From the IMG/VR virus record IMGVR_UViG_3300017814_000184: 64,000 bases of DNA. One strand, given 5' to 3'. The translations under genes and the position numbers were made by a program. The stretch's first letter is position 1. Each line of letters begins with the position of its first letter. Under the pieces are notes generated by a model that was given only the letters and a program-made list of their open reading frames with translations, did not search any database and was not told where the DNA came from. This document shows positions 36,375-45,248 of the stretch, in pieces. This stretch comes from a virus.

Positions 36375-36658
36375 TACAGCACCTCCGCTTCCGCAAGAAG
36401 CGCGGCGTAATCCTCCGGCTTAACCCCGGAGAGTCTCCCTGCATCGTATTTCATCAGTAACGCCCTGACCTGCGCGGTTTTGCCGGCCGCGCTTTTCTCG
36501 CCAAGTACGGCGCGGACTTCTTCCACATCGACTTCGCGTTCCTCCGGCTGGGACGCGGGAGACGTCTTGACTTCATTGCCCTCGTTGTCCGCCAGGGCGC
36601 GGTAACCTGCGGCCAGCTTATCGAAGCCGTCAGCCAGGGAAAGATATACATCGTTCAT
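36374..36658 (-). CDS. Small phage replication-module protein
   Basis: 94 aa; VRAVL..VRALL.KY.A..LS.V..EDY..LL pattern; coupled to DUF2800 gene. Confidence 0.75.
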   Translation of the reverse strand: MNDVYLSLADGFDKLAAGYRALADNEGNEVKTSPASQPEEREVDVEEVRAVLGEKSAAGKTAQVRALLMKYDAGRLSGVKPEDYAALLAEAEVL

Positions 36659-36675
36659 GCTCTTGCCATCCTTTC

Positions 36676-37071
36676 TTACATGAGGTTTGCGCCTTTGAGC
36701 GCGTCCAGAAATTCATCGTCCACGCGGTCGTCGACCGCCAGCGTTTCGGGGTAGATGCGGTTTGCGTCTCTGTCATACAGGCGGACAGGGAGCTTGAGCT
36801 TCTTTGCCGCGTCGATTTCAAACTGCATACCCTTCGTGATCTTGTTTCCGACGACCCACATCATGTCACAGACATTAAGCAGCTCTGCGCCGAGCGTGAT
36901 GCCGAGGATGCGCTCTTTCGGGTCGTTGTCGTCCAGAAATTGCGGAAACACCAGGTGCGGGATGATAGGGACGTAGTCGCACTTGGCGGCGAGACGTCCG
37001 AAGTCCCTGGCAATCTTGGTGTTTTCCTTGATATCCCCACGGTACGGGGAGCATATAAAGACTTTTTTCAT
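36676..37071 (-). CDS. DUF4406-like / nucleoside deoxyribosyltransferase-fold protein
   Basis: VFICSPYRGD..PHL.FPQFLDD..CD.MWV..GM..EI. Confidence 0.75.
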   Translation of the reverse strand: MKKVFICSPYRGDIKENTKIARDFGRLAAKCDYVPIIPHLVFPQFLDDNDPKERILGITLGAELLNVCDMMWVVGNKITKGMQFEIDAAKKLKLPVRLYDRDANRIYPETLAVDDRVDDEFLDALKGANLM

Positions 37072-37211
37072 AGCAATTCACCTATAACCTTTCGTGTTCA
37101 TTCGGGGGTGTATCCCGTGTTCTTGTTTGTGATTCGAGCCGTGGCGGGAGCCGCCGCGAACTCTTGAGTGGCCATCTCATGTGCTAATTGTAGCGGCGAA
37201 ACGCCCTCGTT

Positions 37212-37337
37212 ACCCGGACCGAAAAAGCCCGGTTTTAACGCAAAAAAGGCCGCTCCGAGCCGCCCAAACCTATGGGCAAAACACTCGAAGGGGCCTTAAA
37301 TATGAAAAAAGCGACCGGGCTTTTTTGACCCGGTCGC
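37212..37337. promoter_or_regulatory. Two CCGG-N11-CCGG sites; the second is also a minus-strand terminator hairpin
   Basis: CCGGACCGAAAAAGCCCGG (37214-37232) and inverted CCGGGCTTTTTTGACCCGG within stem 37311-37337, followed by T6 on minus strand. Confidence 0.55.
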
Positions 37338-37362
37338 GTGAAAACTTTTTTATTTTTTTCGG

Positions 37363-39264
37363 TTATTCCTCTTTAGAAAGAGTCCTGACGTTCATAGCGC
37401 GGAGCATTTCATTGCATTCGTAGATGCTGTTCTGCGTCATGGTACAAAGGATAATGTTGTATGCCGCCTGTTCCAGACCGCTCTTCAGCGTGAACCCCGC
37501 CTTGTCCACAAGGTCGAAGCCGAGCATGGGAGGAAGCTGTAAGCCCACGCACAACGCGATGACCGTTTGGAGTTTGGGCTTTTTTTGACCGTTGCGGTAT
37601 TTTCGAATGTTGTCCTCATTGATGAGGCAGCGGTCGGCCATTGCTTCGTTTGTCATGGAGAGCCGCTTCATGTGGGCCGAAAGGGTATCTCCGAACTCGG
37701 AGGGAAGAGCCTTCTTGACGGCTGTGATTGCCGTAACCGACGATTTGAAGTCCGCGCTCGTGGACGCTTTCACGTCTATCGCCTGGTTGAACTGATTATG
37801 GAGGTAACCTGCTTCGGGGTGTGAATCCGACATCGCCGCCCGGAACAGCGCGCACTCCGTATAAAACGAAGCTCCATACTGGCTGTTCTTCTTATAGGTA
37901 ACGTCGAATGTGAGGCAGCACTCGTCCATGTGCTGCATGGCGTAATCCGTGAGAACCGCCGTCCCCGCAGCCGTCTTGCCGATGTACTTTTTGTCGTTGA
38001 TGCAGATGTGCTTGTCTACATACACATAACGCCCCGACTCCATCATCGATTGGAAATTGGGCTGTGTCAGAAAGGCAATGGCGAGATCGGCTTCACCGAC
38101 GACAAAGGTCTGGTTCTTCGCCACGGCTTTCAACTCGAAAGAGTGGCTCGGAACGTAGCCGTCGTCGGTATAGTTAAACACGCCGATGGCGTCTGTGTAT
38201 CCGAGATCAATCATGCGGATTTTCGCCGACTGTTTGGAAACGCCAAAAAAATCCGCAAGCGCGATGACGACCTGTTCCATGATGTCTGAAGGGGCTGCGT
38301 TCGGCGAAGCGGTTCTCGCTGCAGCGAACAGTTCCTCAATTTTGACTTTCGTGGTAGCGGCCGGCATGAGGATGCGCGGCGCGAGGTGGTTGGCTTGCCA
38401 CTCCATCCACTCAAGCGGCGACCTCTTTTTTTCCGGGGCGTCGCCCTCTTTGACCTGGCAGACGATGGACTTGGCTTCCGTATTGTAGAGCTTTTCAAGC
38501 TCGAAGAAGCGACGGTGCAGTCCCCAGTGGACGCACTCGTGGACGATAGTGTTATTGTAAGAGCCGAGCGTCCGCATAAAGAACACGTCGGGGTCAACGA
38601 GGATCGTTCCCTCATCGACCGCCACGTCGTGATAAACGCCCTTCTCTTCATCGTAGCAGGGGACGACGCAATCGGCGAAGAACACCTGCCCGAAAACCGT
38701 GCAGGTCTTGGTGATGTGTTCTTGTCGGATTGTGAGTCCCATCCGAGCCGCGAGTTCGGCGGCTGGAACGGGCGTCGGCGATTCGAGTGCTTCGGGATAA
38801 TACTGCCGGAGGAAACCCTCCGCGACGGCGTCGAGTTCTTCTTTATGGATGATGGGAACGAGATAATCCGAAAGCTGACCGGGTTTCCCTGCCCTTGATT
38901 TCGAGTAAATGCAGAAGCCTTCAACCCGGAAGTTCTTGATACCGTTCGAGACGTCGCAGGAACACGACACCCTGAACCACTGCTCCGCACAGTCGTTTTC
39001 AAGGTCGTGATGACGGGCCGTTTCGGTAATTTCAATTTCGGCCGAAACGACAACGTCGAACTTCAGCTCGTTGCTGGTGGTTCCCGTGATGCTCAACAAA
39101 CGGACGTCCATATCTTCGAGACGCGCTTCCTCCGGGTCCTGTACGGAGGACGAACGGCAGCCGAGCTTTGACGGGTTCTCCTCAACGTGCGCCGCCAGCG
39201 CGGAAAAAATAACATCATAAAATCTGTCAGCTATAACGTCTTTGAAAGATGCAATATTCGCCAT
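37363..39264 (-). CDS. ImmA/IrrE-family metallopeptidase fused to a C-terminal XRE HTH (probable master regulator)
   Basis: HECVH (HExxH), EWQAN; LSMTNEAMADRCLINEDNIRKYRNG HTH; RBS GGAGG before ATG 39264. Confidence 0.88.
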   Translation of the reverse strand: MANIASFKDVIADRFYDVIFSALAAHVEENPSKLGCRSSSVQDPEEARLEDMDVRLLSITGTTSNELKFDVVVSAEIEITETARHHDLENDCAEQWFRVSCSCDVSNGIKNFRVEGFCIYSKSRAGKPGQLSDYLVPIIHKEELDAVAEGFLRQYYPEALESPTPVPAAELAARMGLTIRQEHITKTCTVFGQVFFADCVVPCYDEEKGVYHDVAVDEGTILVDPDVFFMRTLGSYNNTIVHECVHWGLHRRFFELEKLYNTEAKSIVCQVKEGDAPEKKRSPLEWMEWQANHLAPRILMPAATTKVKIEELFAAARTASPNAAPSDIMEQVVIALADFFGVSKQSAKIRMIDLGYTDAIGVFNYTDDGYVPSHSFELKAVAKNQTFVVGEADLAIAFLTQPNFQSMMESGRYVYVDKHICINDKKYIGKTAAGTAVLTDYAMQHMDECCLTFDVTYKKNSQYGASFYTECALFRAAMSDSHPEAGYLHNQFNQAIDVKASTSADFKSSVTAITAVKKALPSEFGDTLSAHMKRLSMTNEAMADRCLINEDNIRKYRNGQKKPKLQTVIALCVGLQLPPMLGFDLVDKAGFTLKSGLEQAAYNIILCTMTQNSIYECNEMLRAMNVRTLSKEE

Positions 39265-39345
39265 CGCCGTTCCTCCTATCTGCGCTATTCGGCGCACACG
39301 CCCGTTTCCACAGCCCCGGTTATTCTCCGGCTTCCCTTGAGTCCA

Positions 39346-39374
39346 ATTATAGTATGGGACGGGCTTACTGTAAA
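39346..39374 (-). promoter_or_regulatory. Sigma-A promoter of the ImmA-HTH gene
   Basis: TTTACA-17-TATAAT. Confidence 0.75.
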
Positions 39375-39402
39375 TCTTTATATCCTTTTCCTCCGTATGT
39401 GT

Positions 39403-40644
39403 TCATCGTGCCATCATGCCCGGCATGATAATTTCGTGGATTCCGCGACCTGGCATTTTCAAGTCGCCCATGAGGGCCGCCGAGTATATCGACCGTTTCC
39501 CGAAGCGGCCGCGAATATCCTCGACTGCGGTTTCGAGCCTATCCAATCTATCGAGCCGGACGGGGTCGGTGAAGATATCCATCTGCTGGGGCTGTCCCTG
39601 CGGCAGAAGGTTGATTGCGCGAACGGTGACCGCCCGAACGGGGATGCGCCAGTCGTACCGTTCATGAAACAGCTCCCGCGCCTTTTCTGCGATTATCATT
39701 GGGCTGCGTGTGGCGATAGAAAACGGAGCCTGGTATTGCCGATAGCTCAATTCGTTGCTCTTGACGGTGATCTGAACACCCCCGGCAACGAGCTGATGGA
39801 TGCGCAGCTTGTGGCCGATATCCTGAGAAAGTTCAAGCATCACCTTCCAGACCTCTTCCTCGTTATTAAGGTCTGCCACGCAGGTGATGCCGTGACCGAT
39901 GGATTTGACTGGCGAAACAAAGTCCTTGTTTGCCACGGGGGAAGAGTCCGTGCCGGAGGCGAAAGCCCACAAAGAAAGGCCGTTCACGCCGAGCCACCCC
40001 TTGAGCGTCTGCGGTGAGGTGGCGGCAATGTCCCCAATCGTGTGGATACCGTATCCGGCGAGCTTCTTCTCCGTCGCTCTGCCGACGTATATCATCTCCG
40101 AAGCGGGGAGCGGCCACACCTTCTCCTTATAGTTATCGGGAGTGATTTCCGTGATAGCGTCCGGCTTCTTCATGTCGCTTCCGAGCTTGGCGTAGATTTT
40201 GTTGAATGAAACGCCAATGGAAACCGTGAGACCAAGTTCGTCCTTGACGGTCTGCCGTATGCTTTCCGCGATATCCATGCCGCTCCCGCACATCCCTCTG
40301 CTCGCCGTCACGTCAAGCCAGCACTCATCCATGCCGAAAGGTTCAATGAGGTCAGTGAACCTGCCGTATATGGCGCGGGCAAGCGCGGAGAATTTTAGGT
40401 ACTGCTCATACTGCGGCGGCACGAGAATAAGATTCGGGCATCGCTGCTTCGCCTCCCAGTTGACCATACCCGTTTTGACTCCGGCGCGTTTGGCGAGTTC
40501 GGACTTCGCCAACACTATACCGTGCCTGTCCTCCGTACTGCCGCAGACTGCCACGGCCTTGTTCCGCAGCGACGGGTTGAGCATCATCTCTACCGAGGCG
40601 TAAAAGCAGTTCATGTCGCTGTGCAGGATACTGCGCGTTTCCAA
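39403..40644 (-). CDS. dinB: Y-family DNA polymerase (DinB/UmuC-like)
   Basis: ILHSDMNCFYASVE, GMDECWLD, KLGSDMKKPD, clamp motif QMDIF; likely TTG start at 40644. Confidence 0.93.
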   Translation of the reverse strand: METRSILHSDMNCFYASVEMMLNPSLRNKAVAVCGSTEDRHGIVLAKSELAKRAGVKTGMVNWEAKQRCPNLILVPPQYEQYLKFSALARAIYGRFTDLIEPFGMDECWLDVTASRGMCGSGMDIAESIRQTVKDELGLTVSIGVSFNKIYAKLGSDMKKPDAITEITPDNYKEKVWPLPASEMIYVGRATEKKLAGYGIHTIGDIAATSPQTLKGWLGVNGLSLWAFASGTDSSPVANKDFVSPVKSIGHGITCVADLNNEEEVWKVMLELSQDIGHKLRIHQLVAGGVQITVKSNELSYRQYQAPFSIATRSPMIIAEKARELFHERYDWRIPVRAVTVRAINLLPQGQPQQMDIFTDPVRLDRLDRLETAVEDIRGRFGKRSIYSAALMGDLKMPGRGIHEIIMPGMMAR

Positions 40645-40815
40645 AACTTCACCCCCCCGTCTAAAACTTCTCAAGGAATTTCATAAAACCCCTTGACAAG
40701 AAGCCGATGGGAAGTTACAATAAAGTAAAACTTCCCAAACTTCTCTTTCAGTATAGCGAGCAAGAGAAGTTTTGTCAATAGACTTTGAGAAGTTTGAGCA
40801 AATAATGAGAAGTAT
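40643..40815. promoter_or_regulatory. Face-to-face promoters with an operator half-site array
   Basis: Plus: TTGACA 40693-17-TACAAT 40716. Minus: TTGACA 40778-17-TATACT 40755. About eight AAACTTC/GAAGT(T) sites. Confidence 0.8.
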
Positions 40816-40835
40816 TTTTCAAGGGAGGAATTCCA

Positions 40836-41267
40836 ATGACTTTCTCTGACAAGGTCAAAATCGCGCGGGATGAGCGCGGAATCAATCAGGAGGAGCTGGC
40901 GACTCAGATGGGCGTATCCCGTCGCAGCGTCGTAGCATGGGAAACCACGGGGACAAAGCCGCGCGGTTGGCGCATACGTAAGCTCGCCGAAATACTTGAC
41001 GTGTCGGAGGACTACCTGGCGAACGACGAGATTACCGACCCGAAGTACGGCATCGAAAAGAAGGAGTACGTCGAGGAGACGCGCTCCCGCTTCGGCGACC
41101 GCGCCGCGAGAGAGATGGACTCGCTTCTTGAAAGAAACGTCGCCCTCTTTGCAGGGGGAGAAATAAGCCAGGAGGCGAAGGACGCCTATTTCGAAGCCGT
41201 GATGAAAGCCTATCTCGCTTGCAAGGACGAGGCGAAAAAGACCTTCGGTCATAAGAAGAAGTCCTGA
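40836..41267 (+). CDS. XRE-family repressor (ImmR-like)
   Basis: KVKIARDERGINQEELA..VVAWET HTH; GGGAGG RBS. Confidence 0.92.
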   Translation: MTFSDKVKIARDERGINQEELATQMGVSRRSVVAWETTGTKPRGWRIRKLAEILDVSEDYLANDEITDPKYGIEKKEYVEETRSRFGDRAAREMDSLLERNVALFAGGEISQEAKDAYFEAVMKAYLACKDEAKKTFGHKKKS

Positions 41268-41331
41268 TTATGGTACACCCTTTATTTTAGAATAAGGATG
41301 TAGTCTACCCTAAACCGGGGAGGTATCGGAA

Positions 41332-41889
41332 TTGTCTATGGACTGGATAAGCCGAGAAGTCGCGCGGCTAAAAAGAAAGTACGACGAAACCGACCCGTTC
41401 AAGATGTGCCGCGCAATGGGCATCATCGTCCTCTACGAGCCGATGGGATTATTTGAGGGCGCTTGCAAAGGATTCTTCCTCTCGCAGAGCCGCAAACGGT
41501 CGATTACCATAAACAGCGATCTGCCAAAAGCCCTCCAACGTATCATTGCTACACACGAGCTGGGTCACGCCGTCCTTCACGCCAGAGCCGCAGGAGTAAA
41601 GGCATTCCACGACTTTGAACTGTTCGACGGAACGTCTCGCATGGAATACGAGGCTAACATATTCGCCGCCGAGTTCCTCATGGACGACGAGGACGTGCTT
41701 GAGCGGCTGAACGACGATATTTCTTTTTTCGGCGCGGCTTCGGAACTTCGCGTTCCTGCGGAGCTGCTTGATTTCAAGTTTCGCGTCATGAAGCGTAAGG
41801 GTTTCAAAATGATAGACCCTCCGCTCATGTGCAACAGCAATTTCCTGAAGGATGTGGAGGTGGGCGACGATGGAGACGAAGCCGATTAA
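41332..41889 (+). CDS. ImmA/IrrE-family metallopeptidase (anti-repressor)
   Basis: ATHELGHAVLH, EYEANIFAAEFL. Confidence 0.92.
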   Translation: MSMDWISREVARLKRKYDETDPFKMCRAMGIIVLYEPMGLFEGACKGFFLSQSRKRSITINSDLPKALQRIIATHELGHAVLHARAAGVKAFHDFELFDGTSRMEYEANIFAAEFLMDDEDVLERLNDDISFFGAASELRVPAELLDFKFRVMKRKGFKMIDPPLMCNSNFLKDVEVGDDGDEAD

Positions 41890-42148
41890 AGTCTATGTGG
41901 CGGTCGCCGCGGAGTTTGACTCCGAGGGTCGTCTTATCCCCACGGTGATCACCTGGGAGGACGGAAACAAGTACGAAATCGACCGTATCACGAACATCTG
42001 CCAGGCGGCGGCAATGAAGGCCGGTGGGCAGGGAGACAGATATACGATTATGATAAACGGGCATCAGAGCTATCTGTTCTTTGAGCGGAACGCTTCTCTG
42101 TCCGGGAACAACATAGGCCGGTGGTTCGTGGAACGGCGCACAGCGTGA
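41870..42148 (+). CDS. Small beta-rich protein, putative Y-polymerase accessory factor
   Basis: KVYVAV.AEF..EG.LIP..ITWEDG.KYEIDRI..KAGGQGDRY; GGAGG RBS; overlaps the immA-like gene. Confidence 0.75.
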   Translation: METKPIKVYVAVAAEFDSEGRLIPTVITWEDGNKYEIDRITNICQAAAMKAGGQGDRYTIMINGHQSYLFFERNASLSGNNIGRWFVERRTA

Positions 42149-42182
42149 AATAGTGGATGGTAAAATATAATAGGAGGACTCA

Positions 42183-42584
42183 ATGAAACTTATAATTTGC
42201 GTTGATGATGATATGGGAATGATGTTTAACAATCGGAGGCAGAGCCAGGATAGCGTGTTAAGAGAACACATCCTGCATAAAATTGGCAATTCCCGCCTGT
42301 GGATGAACCACTATTCCGCAAAGCAGTTTGATGGTAAACCGCAGATTAACGTTGATGAAAACTTCATTAGCGAGGCAGCAAACGGCGATTTCTGTTTTGT
42401 CGAAAATACAGATATAACGCCTTATGAGCAATGGATCGAGCAGATAGTTCTATACCGATGGAATCGAAGATATCCCGCCGATTTCCATTTTAATGTGGAC
42501 TTATCCGCATGGAGACTAATAGAAACAAACGAATTTCCCGGCTCTTCGCATGAAAAAATTACCGAGGAGGTTTATGAAAGATGA
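42183..42584 (+). CDS. Degenerate DHFR-fold-like protein
   Basis: N-terminus LIICVDDDMGMMFNN and C-terminus ADFHFNVDLSAWRLI..EEVYER follow the DHFR first and last strand pattern (inference). Confidence 0.5.
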   Translation: MKLIICVDDDMGMMFNNRRQSQDSVLREHILHKIGNSRLWMNHYSAKQFDGKPQINVDENFISEAANGDFCFVENTDITPYEQWIEQIVLYRWNRRYPADFHFNVDLSAWRLIETNEFPGSSHEKITEEVYER

Positions 42585-43798
42585 AATTCGGTGAGAAACG
42601 CAGAGCAAAGAAGGAAGAAGCTCGTAGGCAGAAAGAGACTCAGCAAAAGAAGACTTTAAAAATTCTCATCCCGATTATCGCAGTTCTTGCCGTAATCATT
42701 GGTATTGGGACTTTAACCGAAAAAAAAGAGACACCGACGATCGACACGCCTGGTATCTCTGATACTGTGTTAAGCACTCCCTCTGCTGATGTTTCTGAAG
42801 ACGAACCTCTGAACGATGTATCACAACCAGATAGTACTGCACCCACAAATGATACTACGCAAGGCGAAAACACATCGCAGCCGACCACTACTCCGGCGCC
42901 TGAAACACAAAATCCAATCGGAACAACACAAACGCCCGTTACAGTTACCATATCATTTAGCGACATTCCCGCCTATTCCGGGTCGCCGTATGTGGCGATT
43001 AACGGGAATGAACCATCTTTTGCAAAGTCCGACTTCACCACTACCTCAAGTGAGAGTTATAGCAGCCTTGACAGTCTTGGCCGATGTGGTGTCGCTTTTG
43101 CTAATATCGGGAAAGATATTATGCCCACGGAGGAGCGTGGGTCAATTGGGCAAGTTAAACCCACCGGGTGGCATACAGTTAAATATGATATCGTTGATGG
43201 TAAATACCTGTATAACCGCTGCCACCTCATCGGGTATCAGCTTACCGCTGAAAATGCCAATACCAAGAACCTTATTACCGGGACACGGTATTTGAACGTT
43301 GACGGTATGTTGCCTTTTGAAAACATGGTGGCCGATTACATAAAAGAAACGAACAACCACGTTCTTTACCGTGTAACGCCTATTTTCGATGGAGATAACC
43401 TCGTGGCTACAGGGGTGCAAATGGAAGCAATGTCCGTCGAAGACGAAGGTGACGGAATTTGCTTTAATGTCTTTTGCTATAATGTACAGCCCGGCGTTAG
43501 CATCGATTATGCAACGGGTGATAGCGAGCTAACAAATGGCGGCGCTGCTGAAACAACACCTCCTGCCACCACTGCTCCGAGTCAAACAACACAGTCTCCC
43601 GCAACCACGACCCCAAGCACAACACCAGCAGAGCAGACCGAGCAAACCTACATTCTGAATACGAATACATATAAATTCCATTATCCATCATGCTCAAGCG
43701 TGGGACAGATGAATGAATCGAACAAACAGGAATACACAGGAAACCGTGATGACTTAATCGCCCAGGGTTATGCCCCCTGCGGTCGGTGTCACCCGTAA
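42581..43798 (+). CDS. Membrane-anchored DNA/RNA non-specific endonuclease (EndA/DNA-entry type) with C-terminal Ada-like metal-binding domain
   Basis: TM helix ILIPIIAVLAVIIGIG; LDSLGRCG, ERGSIG, YNRCHLIGYQL; KFHYPSC..GYAPCGRCHP. Confidence 0.88.
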   Translation: MKFGEKRRAKKEEARRQKETQQKKTLKILIPIIAVLAVIIGIGTLTEKKETPTIDTPGISDTVLSTPSADVSEDEPLNDVSQPDSTAPTNDTTQGENTSQPTTTPAPETQNPIGTTQTPVTVTISFSDIPAYSGSPYVAINGNEPSFAKSDFTTTSSESYSSLDSLGRCGVAFANIGKDIMPTEERGSIGQVKPTGWHTVKYDIVDGKYLYNRCHLIGYQLTAENANTKNLITGTRYLNVDGMLPFENMVADYIKETNNHVLYRVTPIFDGDNLVATGVQMEAMSVEDEGDGICFNVFCYNVQPGVSIDYATGDSELTNGGAAETTPPATTAPSQTTQSPATTTPSTTPAEQTEQTYILNTNTYKFHYPSCSSVGQMNESNKQEYTGNRDDLIAQGYAPCGRCHP

Positions 43799-43883
43799 AT
43801 ACAAGTCTGCGGCCAGAACGCTATGCATATTGATGTAACGCTGTGGCACAGAATGCCACCTACGAAAAGAAGGGATGGGGATA

Positions 43884-44108
43884 ATGAAAGCTGATGTTAT
43901 CACTTGTAAAAAATGCGGCGGTAAGTTTACATGGCACGAATACAATGGAGGCTACCCCGGAGGCAAGGACAGAGAAAGTGTTGACTGCCCTTACTGTGGC
44001 GAAGAGGCGTTCACCGTTGTGATAAGCGGGGTCGTTGCTGTCGAAAAGGTCGAAGAGCCTGAGACGGATGAAACCGTGGCAACAATGACCACTCTCGGTT
44101 TGCTGTGA
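43884..44108 (+). CDS. Small zinc-ribbon protein
   Basis: CKKC..CPYC; GGAGG-like RBS. Confidence 0.65.
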   Translation: MKADVITCKKCGGKFTWHEYNGGYPGGKDRESVDCPYCGEEAFTVVISGVVAVEKVEEPETDETVATMTTLGLL

Positions 44109-44148
44109 TATCAAATGATAGAACCGAAGGAAACTTATGGAGGGAACG

Positions 44149-45228
44149 ATGATGAAACGTCTGATTGCATTACTGCTTTCTTTTATACTGATTCTTGCTT
44201 TAACTGCTTGTGGGCAGTCTAAACCCACGCCACCTCAAACCGCTCCCCCACAGGATACCGCGCCAAATGAAGCGACCACTCCAGTGGAGGAATCCGTGTG
44301 GGCGGCACTTCCCGATGAAGAAGGGTTCGAGAATATGCTCCGTGAAATTTTGTCCGAGATGTCAAATACCGATATTGTGATTGAAGACTACAAGAGCGAA
44401 GAAGGTCACATTTCATGCACATATCTTAACGGAACGGTTTATTTCATGGGTAGGGTCATTGATGGGAAGGTAACCACCAGCTACGCTTACACATCACTCG
44501 AAACATTCAATCGATATAAAGACTCTGCCGGACAGTCGTTTCTTGGTTTAGTCATCGCTCCTTTGGCCCTCTATAACGCCGACTGTACTGACGGTAAGAG
44601 CTTGTTCGCCTTTGTTGACTCGGTGGCCTCATCAAGAGAAGATGAAAACGACCCCAAAGGAAAGCTCGAACAGGATGGGATAGAGTACACTTTTTCTACG
44701 CAGTATATGCTGTCGTGCCAAGCACGCTATGTGGAGGACATGAGTATATACGATGAGGATGATTTGCTTACCCCCTCGGATTCGACCCTGCCAGAGCCGG
44801 GAAGCTCCGAGGGTCAAAACGACCCGCCTGCTGATACGCGAGAAAAACACACTTTGAGCGGCTCTTTCACAATGAGCGATTACGACCGGCCGTGTTTTGT
44901 GCTGACCGAGCCGTACACCTTTGTGGATGATGTTGATGACACCTCTGTGACCATAGAACGTGTTTATTTCTATCCCGACAGTTGGGTTCAAAATGCGTAT
45001 GAAGGCTTTAATATCCTCGCTTTAGGCACTGGCTCTGCATCCAATTATACCGTAACAGGACATCTGAACAATTACCGAGGCGGCGGGGACTTTTATTGGG
45101 AAGATGTTTCCATCACTCCGAATGACTACACATCAGAAGGCGAAATAAAGATTTGCCCGGTATGTGGCGGCGGACTCAATTGGCAAGGCGGGGCCTGGAT
45201 TTGCGATAGCTGCGCGGCGGCTTATTAA
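44149..45228 (+). CDS. Lipoprotein with C-terminal zinc ribbon
   Basis: Signal peptide and lipobox LALTA-C; Pro/Thr linker; CPVC..CDSC at the C-terminus. Confidence 0.85.
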   Translation: MMKRLIALLLSFILILALTACGQSKPTPPQTAPPQDTAPNEATTPVEESVWAALPDEEGFENMLREILSEMSNTDIVIEDYKSEEGHISCTYLNGTVYFMGRVIDGKVTTSYAYTSLETFNRYKDSAGQSFLGLVIAPLALYNADCTDGKSLFAFVDSVASSREDENDPKGKLEQDGIEYTFSTQYMLSCQARYVEDMSIYDEDDLLTPSDSTLPEPGSSEGQNDPPADTREKHTLSGSFTMSDYDRPCFVLTEPYTFVDDVDDTSVTIERVYFYPDSWVQNAYEGFNILALGTGSASNYTVTGHLNNYRGGGDFYWEDVSITPNDYTSEGEIKICPVCGGGLNWQGGAWICDSCAAAY

Positions 45229-45248
45229 GGTTAAGAGAAAGTTGGTGG

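Larger units (their letters stand above)
1..39264 (-). mobile_element. Prophage 1 core (temperate siphovirus, HK97-type head, HNH/cos packaging); recombinase end runs off the window; cargo to about 48.1 kb probably belongs to it
   Basis: Co-oriented regulator, replication, packaging, head, tail, lysis and recombinase genes; no visible frameshifts in structural genes. Confidence 0.93.

Noticed and set aside
37070-37180. Tiny ORFs (25-32 aa) upstream of the first early gene
   Set aside because: No convincing RBS; more likely the 5-prime leader of the early operon
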